From: Macrostomum hystrix
Lineage: Eukaryota > Animalia > Platyhelminthes
Length of the DNA: 64,000 nt
Assembly: GCA_950097015.1 (NCBI GenBank)
Contig: CATNEN010000024.1
Span: 124,001 to 188,000, forward strand
Reading direction: 5' to 3'
Shown here one piece after another: positions 50,498 through 60,167 of this stretch. Within the stretch, counting starts at the first letter, position 1; every line of letters starts with the position of its first letter. A program made the translations under genes and the position numbers. The notes below the pieces were generated by a model. That model was given only the letters and a program-made list of their open reading frames with translations. It had not been told where the DNA came from and did not search any database.

Positions 50498-51471
50498 TCA
50501 TCTTCTGAGTGAAACAGCAATTGTGCTCAGCACCAGCATCAGCAGTAGCAGCGGCAGCTTTGGAGACGCGGCAGCAGAGTTCGTAGCTTTATCATCGGAC
50601 ATCAGCATTTTGAATCCGGCGTCGGAGGCTGAAGCTCCCGATGCCTGCTGCGAGCGGGAGCCGGCGGCGGCGGCTGCGGCTGCGGCTCGCTCGCGACACG
50701 GCAGGCTGGGCTCGACAGCGTCAACCAGATATGGTCGACAGTCGGGTCCCAGACGCTGCTGGCAGCCGGGAGCGGCCAGTTTGGTAGCCGGAGGCGAGCA
50801 GGCGACTTCGCCGGTGTCGGCGTTGCTCCGGGAGCAGGTTAAGCAGGCGCTGCTGGCGAGTGGGGTCTCGGAGGCGAGGGTCCACAGGCCGGCCGAGCTG
50901 CCCAGCAAGACCCAGGCACAGCTGCTGACGTTGCCGGGCACCAGGTCGAGCTGGATCCAGGTGGCGTTGACTCGCCTGCCGCCCAGGATGATGGCGAGCT
51001 GACGATGGTCCCTCCGGACAAACCGGCTCGCCGTCCTCGTACGGGCAGGGCCGCTCGGCGGCCAGGTAGGCGGTCAGGTGGAAGCGACAGTCCACGCCGA
51101 GCTGGTGCTGACACTTGCCGACAAGGCGCGGATCTAGTTCGGGCGCCGATGGTACGCTGGCCGTCCAGGAGCCGCCGCTGGGTCCGCCGGTGACGCGGAC
51201 TCGCCGACATCCGCCAGAGCCGTCAGCGGCTTCGTCGCGCTCGTCGACATAGTCGGTAAAGTCACCACCGTCCAGAATCCAACGGCAGCCGTGCATGGCG
51301 GTGGCTGCCAGGCGGAGGCGCTGCTCGACGCGCCGACCGCCGAGGGTCTCTGCCATCAGGCGCGTCTCGTTGCCGACACCGCACCGGAACGTCGGCGCCA
51401 CGGCGACTGCGGCGGCGGGCGGCTGTCGTGGAGGCGACAACGAGGAGACAAGAAATTATCAAAGAAGACAT
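50498..51471 (-). CDS. Intronless secreted, probably GPI-anchored Cys-rich protein with two internal repeats (~323 aa); two 1-nt frameshifts in this assembly
   Basis: ATG at 51471 gives the signal peptide MSSLIISCLLVVASTTAA. Removing one base at ~51418 and one at ~51011 joins three frames into one ORF. The ORF ends in small residues plus a hydrophobic tail, ATNSAAASPKLPLLLLMLVLSTIAVSLRR*. Two repeats share LGGRRV..., C-x-W-[IV]-L and C-Q-x-x-L-G-x-D-C-R. Confidence 0.72.
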
Positions 51472-51545
51472 GATTGCTGGTATCCTGGGTGAAGCTGCAC
51501 ACGGCAAATCGGAAATCGAGCGTCGCGCCAGCTGCCCGGCTTGGC

Positions 51546-51632
51546 TTTATAACTCTGCCCCCCAGCCCCAGCTATCGGGCTGACTGGTGATGAGGAGGCG
51601 GTGGTGAGGACTTGGCGGGCGATTCCTATTGG
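51546..51632 (-). promoter_or_regulatory. TATA box plus CCAAT box upstream of the GPI-protein gene
   Basis: TATAAA on the minus strand at 51546-51551 (~75 nt from the ATG). CCAAT on the minus strand at 51628-51632. Confidence 0.55.
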
Positions 51633-52589
51633 CTGGGAGGTCTGCCTGGGCTTGAAGGTCCTGAAGCCAGAACAGACTGTTGTCAATTTAAGGTGTGGCT
51701 GACGTGGGTAAGGGGGGATTGTTGATTTTTTGTGTCGCTCTCCGCAGCCTAATTTCAGTTTTTTCTCTGTCCCACAAAGTAGGTTGGCTGGGCAGTGTGT
51801 TTACTATTTAATTTTGCAGCTTTCAATGTTGATTCGCATGCAATTGAATGGGGGCTTGTGTGTGTGTGTGAGAACAAAAATGTGTCGCGTTGTGTCAGAC
51901 TGGCAGGCCCAACAACTTAAAAGGGTGAAATTTGCCCCCAAAAATATTCCCAAGCATTGTGAGTTTTGAGAGCCGGGCGCGAGGATGTTGCAAGTTACGT
52001 AAGGGGCGTCTTAGAGAGACGGTGAGAGGGTGAGCAGGGAGGGAGAGAATAGCGAAGGATTTTGTGAAGAACTGTGAGAACAGAGCGCGTCTATTGCATT
52101 GGGGGGAGGCGGGGTCCTTCCGTCTTCCGTCCTTGTCTCGGGGCCCCCTCGGAGGTCGGGGTCGCGGCGGGCGGATTCGTCGCACGTGACTTCCACCCCG
52201 GTGGGAGCTCCTGTGAAGACGCTCGGAGGTGGGTCAGTTCGCCCCAGACAGCCGGTTGAGTCGGGATGTAATGCTCAGAAAGTGGGATGGAGGCTGAGTT
52301 AATCGCCCACTCAGCTCTCTCTCTGCAAGGAGTTCGAGGGTCAGGCCGTCTGAATGGCCAACGAATGGGGCTCCGGGCTCTTGGATCTGGGGTCGGTGGG
52401 ATTTAGACTGAAGAGATCCCTCATTTAGCGAACAGAGGACTGCTTGCATTAATAAGTAACAATCTGGTGGCAGTTCGTGTGAAACTCGTTCTCGAAGACC
52501 ATGGCTTGAAAATCAACGTATGGATCGATTTGTGTTATTTAGAAGATTTTATTTTTCTAGTGGGTAGCAGGCTCTTTGAGCCACTGAGG

Positions 52590-53370
52590 ATTGGGGGACT
52601 GGGGGATTGAGGATTGAGGAATCGGAGGATTGGGGGATTGGAGGATTGGAGGATTGGAGGATTGGAGCATTGGAGGATCGGAGGATTTAGAGGATCAGGG
52701 GATTGAGGATGGGGGTGTTTGGAGGATTGGAAGATTGGAGGATTGGAGGATTTGAGGATTGGAGGATTGGAGGATCGGAGGATTGGGGGATTGGGGGATT
52801 GGAGGATTGGAGCATTGGAGGATTGGAGGATTGGAGGTTTGGAGGATTGGAGCATTGGAGGATTGGAGGATCGGAGGATTGGGGGATTGGGGGATTGGAG
52901 GATTGGAGGATTGGAGGATTGGAGCATTGGAGGATTGGTGGATCGGAGGATTGGAGGATCGGAGGATTGGGGGATTGGGGGATTGGAGGATTGGAGGATT
53001 GGAGGATTGGAGAATTGGAGGATTGAGGGGATTGGTGGATTGGAGGATTGGAGGATTGGAGGATTGGAAGATCGGAGGATTGGAGGATTGGAGGATTGGA
53101 GGATTGAGGGGATTGGAGGATTGGAGGATTGGAGGATTGGAGGATTGGAAGATCGGAGGATTGGAGGATTGGAGGATTGGAGGATCGGAGGATTGGAGGA
53201 TCAGGGGATTGAGGATGGGGGTGTTTGGAGGATTGGAGAATTGGAGAATTGGAGGATTGGAGGATTGAGGGGATTGGGGGATTCGGGGATTGAGCATTCG
53301 GGGATTGGAGGATTGGGGAATTTAGGATTGAGGATTTAGAATTAGGGATTGAAGATTGGGGTATTGGATT
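52590..53370. repeat. 8-bp G-rich repeat (GGAGGATT)n, ~95 copies
   Basis: 8-nt period. ORFs at 52535-53373 are artefacts. Confidence 0.96.
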
Positions 53371-53864
53371 CAAAACTAGATTTCGGTTTTAAAATTGTTT
53401 TAAAATTTCCTTGACTATTTATATTCAGCACAAGAATCGTGATGATATGAAAATTGAAGCATTCAGAAAAACTTCCAACTGAGTCATAAAAATTCAATAT
53501 AAAAACTCAAAGCCCAACTCAGCTCATAGCATTCAGTTTATAATAAAAACATTCAAAACCAGCCCGTTAGCATGGATTACCTAGAATTATATAATCTGTC
53601 GCATAGCAACTAGCACCTATTAAGCATATATATAACATTTTGTCACCTGTCACAACCTGTCAAACGATCAATTTCATAACAATTCTTAAAAGTTTTCAAG
53701 AGCAGAACAATAAAACTATTTCCGCTACGTTTCATATTTGAAACCGCATTCGAGCGGTTTAACCGGCTGCAACAAATGAGTGGCCAGTGAGAACAGGTTC
53801 AATTGACTCTGGGGTCTAATAAAATAACAGAAAATTGGCCAAAGTCACACAACCAACAGTTAAA

Positions 53865-55231
53865 CTATATAGTCCCTGCATCCGCCACTTCACTCCTTTG
53901 AACTATGACCCGTTCAGGCTTATGAGCCGCATTCAGGCATATCCGGGTGTTCGGAACACACTCCAATATATGAAAACTTTGTGAGTATTTCTGAGCATGC
54001 TTTCTGAGCAGGAAGTGGCTCATTTAATGGCGCAAAAGTTTTGATCCCACTGTGCAAGATGAAATATTGGGTTGGCAATGGCCTTGAGATCATTCCGCTT
54101 CCTTCCTTCTTTCATCTTCTCAATCTTCCATTCATGCCGTGTCATATGGCCACAAAAGACAAAATCCTACCCTATCTTAGCTAGCTTTTCATTTTTCCCC
54201 ATTCTCAACCTTCCAATAGAAAGATCCTTCCAATGATTGATAACTGGGATGGCCGGGAAATATCTTGGCCATATGTTGTTCTGTTGTGATTTCTGGTGAT
54301 TATCAAAAGTAGATAATTCATTTATGAAATAAAATAGAAAAATCGTTTGTCACTTCATCATATAATTTTAAGGTCATAATTCACAGTACTAACGTGAGGA
54401 GTCAGGGAGGTCGCGAGCTCTAATCTCGGAGGGCACGGCGGGCCTAGGAATAGATATTTCAGGGCATCCGAATGTCTTTGCAGATGTCTACAATGACTGT
54501 AATTACTATCCTTATATTTAAAGCGAGGAGTTAGTCAGGACTCGAACTTGGGACCTCATAATAGTAATAATAATAATTGCAGGAAGGCTGTGGGCAGTGG
54601 CACACTCACAAAGGTGTGTTCTCTGGCATCTCTCCGCGGCTGCGCCCCAAATAAATGTGGCCTCGCCGTGGAATCGAACTTGAGGACCTTGGTGCCAGAG
54701 GCAAACACGTTAACCGCTCTGCCACCGACCCCCTCCAACTTGGGACCTCAGGATCCTAAATATAGTTTAGATTTATTTCTAAGGGCCATGAAAAAATGCA
54801 TTCTCAGGTCATGAACTCTCCTATACTCAAAGATTAAAAGTCAACGAGTCTTGGCGTGACACACTGAAAGGGATATCACAAAGGGATGAAAAGATCCCAA
54901 TTTTTTTATCCTCGTCGACACTGTAAAAAGTGAATCGACTGTATGAAGTAGAAGGGATATTATTTCTTGAGGAAAAATTCCTTATTCTTAAGATCCCAAA
55001 GTCCCACTAAGGAATAGGAGAAGAAGTCAAGGTATGCCTGCCGGAGGGAAATGAACTAATCTACATGGAAATGCGATTCTTACGTAACCACCGGACTGGG
55101 GTGGGCGGGACCAGCGGGCCGTGCAACTATTAGGGGAATAAATAGGCAATTGCTTGCCTCACCTGTCTCAGAATCCCAACGAAAAAAATCCCAATTGCTC
55201 AATTTTGCAGCACCCAGTGCCGTATTTGAAG
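53865..55231 (-). CDS. Putative short-intron multi-exon gene (3' part, ~210 codons), unknown product
   Basis: Exons 55163-55231, 55084-55126, 55008-55037, 54863-54920, 54394-54487, 54210-54292, 54051-54166, 53865-54003. All are GT-AG and chain in phase into one stop-free frame, including ...HMAKIFPGHPSYQSLEGSFYWKDFVFCGHMTRHEWKIEKMKEGRKRNDLKAIANPIFHLAQKHAQKYSQSFHILECVPNTRICLNAAH... Some splice sites are weak (GTGTCA donor; 36-nt intron). Confidence 0.5.
54559..54736 (-). mobile_element. 178-bp tRNA-derived SINE with a 14-bp target-site duplication
   Basis: A-box TGGCAGAGCGG, B-box GTTCGATTCC and an (ATT)n tail. Flanked by AACTTGGGACCTCA at 54545-54558 and 54737-54750. Confidence 0.85.
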
Positions 55232-55704
55232 CTTAGACGCAGTGATGAGGAAGTAAATTTGGTCGAGTTCCCACTCCCAAATGCACGATTCTATTGCATT
55301 ACAGATTTCTAGCCGGCCCCACCAACTCAATCAGTTCAGAGTCTCATCCTGGCTGGTGACAAGCCCAGTGTTGTTCTAGAATAACTGCTCAATCTGATCA
55401 GTGCTGACGGCTCTAAAAGATGATTCATAACTTGCCTTGGTCTGAAATCGTCAAAGACAAAGTAGGCGATTCTCTGTAATCTCACTGATTAGTGTAACTG
55501 TCCGGACATTTTGGGGCCAGTGATCATGAAATTGCGATATGATGCAATCGTTATGGCGCCTTGATTCATGCTTTATGGAAATTTTGAGAACAAGATACAG
55601 CTATGTATGATGCTTCAGTAATGAGATGCCGGTTTCTGAATTTTGGGCAAAAAGTTATAAAAATATTATCCCAACTTCAAAAGTCTACAAGAAATTCTGT
55701 TAAG

Positions 55705-55830
55705 AATGGGATGGGATGCTAATTAAGGATGGGATGTTTAACTAAGGATGGGATGTTTAATTAAGGATGGGATGTTTAATTAATAATGGGATATTTAATC
55801 AAGGATGGGATGTTTAGATAAGGATGGGAA
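55705..55830. repeat. 19-bp tandem repeat (TAATTAAGGATGGGATGTT)n, ~6 copies
   Basis: AAGGATG at 55744 and 55763. Confidence 0.88.
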
Positions 55831-55957
55831 ATTGCATATTTTTTAGATCTATAGTTATAAGAAGGGCATGCATTGATATTCGAGGAGATGTGTAATTTTG
55901 GGATGGGATGTGGAACGAGCAATGGAATGTGTAGCTTGGGAGTATGGGATGTGGAAG

Positions 55958-56268
55958 TGGGCGAGTGGCAGAACGTTTAACGCGTTTGCCTCTCGCACCA
56001 AGGTCCCTGAGCTCGCTTGTGGGCTTGTCATACAATTTTCGCCCTTGAGGGCCAACCTCCAAGGCAAATTGTACACGGCCTGACGATGAGAAAGTCGGGG
56101 CAGATGTACACACCTGTGTGAGCGTATGCCTGCATACAGTATCTGTGTGCGTGTGTGCTCAGGAGTCAGCGAAATGGGCAGAATTGCCTCCTCACTGGCT
56201 GCAGGTCAGTGTCACCAAAATGTTGTGCCACTGCCCGCAGCCCTCCTGCAAATGATGATTATTATTAT
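55958..56268 (+). mobile_element. Longer, older copy of the same SINE family (~310 bp)
   Basis: Shares the head (GTGGCAGA.CG.TTAAC..GTTTGCCTCT.GCACCAAGGTCC) and the 3' end (GTGCCACTGCCC.CAGCC.TCCTGCAA + ATT repeats) with 54559-54736. Its internal GGGCAGATGTACACAC segment also occurs at ~14627-14642. Confidence 0.75.
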
Positions 56269-58191
56269 GGGATGTGGATCTCGCGATGGAATTTCAAGCT
56301 CGTAATATGGTGCGGAGCTGTGGCATATTCTAATGATCGATCAAAGCCATATTTGAAGCCCTTATCCACATTTCATATCTAAACGGCCTCAAACTCAACT
56401 CCCAACTAGCAGATCAGTGAAAGTTAGCCTATAGATACGAGTATAGTGACTAGCCGGGCATGGAAGCACCTGTCTTAAGCTCTTCCACCCCAACAGCGGC
56501 CCCACTAAAAGAGAATAGCCGGCCAAGTCAGTTGGTTCCTTTTGTATTGGCATTACGTAACTCAAAGAAGACTGCTTTGCCAAATCGACTGGAGCGAAGG
56601 GCTTGGGAGAAAGCGAAACTTGCCTCCTTGCTTGGCCCCTTTATCCTTTAAGAAGCCCCTACCTCCCAACCTCGTGGTTTTTCAAACACTAAAATATCCC
56701 AACAATTTAATAAAGAAAGTGAAGCAAGAAGACAATAGAGTAAAAAGGCAGGAAGGGGTAGAAGAGAGAGAGAGACTTAAGCGTTAAACTTGTAGTAGGA
56801 GAGAAGGTTATAGTGAGTGAAATATCTGGCAATTTATGAATGCCGACTGTGGAAGTTAACCGCCAATTCAGGCCTACTGAGCCATGGCAGCATGTGCTAC
56901 CAAGTGGACTAGCCACGCCTCTAGAAGCAGTTTTTTTCTGCTTCCCCTAATCCCAGCAGGCCCGGGCGTAACGGGGAAGATTTTTTCTTGAGCCTATTTA
57001 TTCGACACCGAATTTTTTGTTAATTGTCAAACTGCTCTGCAACTAATTTTAACGAGATTGTATGTCAATCATGGCAAAAATGATTGATTTGACATTTAAC
57101 ACTGGGTTGGGTTTAATTTCTGGGTGTGAAAATTGCGATACACGCCTAGTTTTGTTGATGCTAATGTAATGTATCAAACTTGACAGGCCTTTAAAGTAAT
57201 ATAAAATTCATCTGATTTTCCTACCTGCGCGGGCGGTGTGAGTGTGTCTCACCAGCTGTGGGTTATCCAAGTAAGTGTCGTGGGAATTTTCAATCTGGTT
57301 TGAACAAAACACACGTCGAGCCGCAGGGGTATTGACAACTGAAAAACTCATGCTTCGAAAATGCCGAAATGTGATAAAAGTAGGTCAGTTCCCGCTTGGT
57401 TGAGATAAACTGTGAACTATCGCCTTTGACGGCGAGACAAGTGGGCTAGGGGGGGGGGGTAGTCTGATCGATCCCATAGTTGAACGGATATCCCAATGTT
57501 CGCCTGAAGCAATAAATTATCCTAGAAAGGATTTCATGGCTTAGTTCACAAATAAGGCAATGAGCAGCTACAGTGCCTAGGCTACTTACGCAATGAGTAA
57601 ATAGACACAGCAATGCACCCCTAACCTAGCTCATTCTGACCACTAATTTGCTGAGTCCACAGCCGCTTCATCTGCTTGGACAGAACTGTCAGCCAGATAG
57701 TAAGTCAATGTAGCTATTTTTAAGTAAATCGAGTGCATGGATATTTAGGACAGACATGGGGATAATTTAGGTACTCACCTGATAGGCCTGACAAAATCAT
57801 GGGATCTAGCTAGATATTTAGGAAATAAAGTTACGCAATCAATCTACCTGAGGGAGGGTGAGATCAATCCCCAAAATCCTATTCAGCTTCAATGGTGGAG
57901 GGTTTGGAGTGACCAGTATTGAATGCTCCTTCATCAAATTAGGGACGAAAATGGGAATGGTCCAGGGAACTGTAAGGATATATAGAACCAAGAGGCACTG
58001 AAGCTGTTAGACTATTTCCTTTGTTTCAATGACACACAAGTGCCAGCGTGTTGACAGATTCGAATGCAGGCTGGGGATATTGGGAGAGACAGTTTGAGAA
58101 TGAAGTGTCAGTGTGACTCAGTCTTTGAGGCTTGTAAGCAGCAATTCGAGCGTATGCAATCTCATTAGCGACCCCTAGGCTGCCAACATTG

Positions 58192-59540
58192 GATGGAGTG
58201 ATACAGAACTGTGCTGGAGTGATACAGAACTGTGTTGGACTGATACAGAACTGTGTTGGACTGATACAGAACTGTGTTGGAGTGATACAGAACTGTGCTG
58301 GAGTGATACAGAACTGTGTTGGACTGATACAGAACTGTGTTGGACTGATACAGAACTGTGTTGGACTGATACAGAACTGTGTTGGACTGATACAGAACTG
58401 TGTTGGAGTGATACAGAACTGTGTTGGACTGATACAGAACTGTGTTGGACTGATACAGAACTGTGTTGGAGTGATACAGAACTGTGTTGGACTGATACAG
58501 AACTGTGTTGGAGTGATACAGAACTGTGTTGGAGTGATACAGAACTGTGCTGGAGTGATACAGAACTGTGTTAGAGTGATACAGAACTGTGCTGGAGTGA
58601 TACAGAACTGTGTTGGAGTGATACAGAACTGTGTTAGAGTGATACAGAACTGTGCTGGAGTGATACAGAACTGTGTTGGAGTGATACAGAACTGTGTTAG
58701 AGTGATACAGAACTGTGTTGGAGTGATACAGAACTGTGCTGGAGTGATACAGAACTGTGTTGGAGTGATACAGAACTGTGCTGGAGTGATACAGAACTGT
58801 GTTGGAGTGATACAGAACTGTGTTGGACTGATACAGAACTGTGTTGGAGTGATACAGAACTGTGTTGGAGTGATACAGAACTGTGTTGGAGTGATACAGA
58901 ACTGTGGTGGAGTGATACAGAACTGTGTTGGAGTGATACAGAACTGTGTTGGACTGATACAGAACTGTGTTGGAGTGATACAGAACTGTGTTGGAGTGAT
59001 ACAGAACTGTGTTGGAGTGATACAGAACTGTGTTGACTGGAGTGACTGGAGTGACTGGAGTGATACAGAACTGTGTTGACTGGAGTGACTGGAGTGATAC
59101 AGAACTGTGTTGGAGTGATACAGAACTGTGTTGGAGTGATACAGAACTGTGTTGACTGGAGTGACTGGAGTGACTGGAGTGATACAGAACTGTGTTGACT
59201 GGAGTGACTGGAGTGATTGGAGTGATACAGAACTGTGTTGACTGGAGTGACTGGAGTGATTGGAGTGATACAGAACTGTGTTGACTGGAGTGACTGGAGT
59301 GATTGGAGTGATACAGAACTGTGTTGACTGGAGTGCTGGAGTGACTGGAGTGATACAGAACTGTGTTGACTGGAGTGACTGGAGTGACTGGAGTGATACA
59401 GAACTGTGTTGACTGGAGTGACTGGAGTGATTGGAGTGATACAGAACTGTGTTGACTGGAGTGACTGGAGTGACTGGAGTGACGAGTGACTGGAGTGACT
59501 GGAGTGACTGGAGTGATACAGAACTGTGTTGACTGGAGCT
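58192..59540. repeat. 21-bp minisatellite (GAGTGATACAGAACTGTGTTG)n, invaded by a 9-bp GACTGGAGT subrepeat in its right third
   Basis: 21-nt period (7-aa-period ORFs), with 9-mer insertions after ~59035. Confidence 0.96.
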
Positions 59541-59660
59541 GTTTGCCATGGCTTTAAACAGTTTGCTATCCTATATTCGTATGGACGATTACGAAATGTT
59601 TCAAACATCAAATATTTTAACACGATACAATATTGTCCTTAAGTTTAAAGAGGCCTTTCT

Positions 59661-60146
59661 TTAAGCTTCGGTTATAAAAAATGTTCTTCTGAGGGTTGTT
59701 GCCACGCTCAATAGGTTTGATAAGCTGGGGCAGTGTGTGGGACGCCCATCAGCTATGGGCACATCCCGTGTTTGCTCACAGTTTGAGTAGGCTAGGCTCA
59801 CCCTGAGCTGGTATTGCGTCATGAGCCCGGGTGTAAATGACACAAACATCATTGGGCATTGAGCGCTGTCGAGTCGGTTTTTAAAACTAATGCGGCTGCT
59901 TGTTAGTCGCGGTAGGGTAAAGAGGTCTCAGCGGATTCTCAAGTGGCTCACATCCCAAACGCAATAGATAAGTGACAGATGCGACACTCGGGCTATCACT
60001 TTAGCGTGAGCAACAACACACCCTCCGTGTCTTTAATGCTCACATCTAGCTCCCTGTGTAGCATTGTCCACGACTTGCGATAATGATGAAATGTGAGAAA
60101 TGTCACTGCTCAGGAATCCTGCACCCGTGAATTTCCGACTCTTCGT
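59661..60146 (-). CDS. Putative cluster of four small coding exons (unknown product; upstream exons lie beyond or within the 27-bp array)
   Basis: Exons 60044-60146, 59952-59992, 59802-59865, 59661-59752. Three GTGAGC donors, introns of 51, 86 and 49 nt, and an ACTAAC branch motif in the 86-nt intron. Phases chain: TKSRKFTGAGFLSSDISHISSLSQVVDNATQGARSRVSHLSLIYCVWDRSMPNDVCVIYTRAHDAIPAQADGRPTHCP... Confidence 0.45.
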
Positions 60147-60167
60147 CTATTCAATACCAATCTAGGA

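Noticed and set aside
54660-54735. Functional tRNA gene
   Set aside because: The anticodon and acceptor stems do not pair properly. It continues into a SINE body and (ATT)n tail and is flanked by a TSD.
56395-58134. Additional candidate exons linking the two minus-strand mini-exon clusters (e.g. 56469-56600, 56663-56688, ~57780-57806)
   Set aside because: Several mutually incompatible frames and competing plus-strand splice sites; not resolvable without transcript data.
58026-59623. Cys-rich heptad ORFs resembling antifreeze or metallothionein repeats
   Set aside because: 21-bp array open on both strands, with no signal peptide or splice context.
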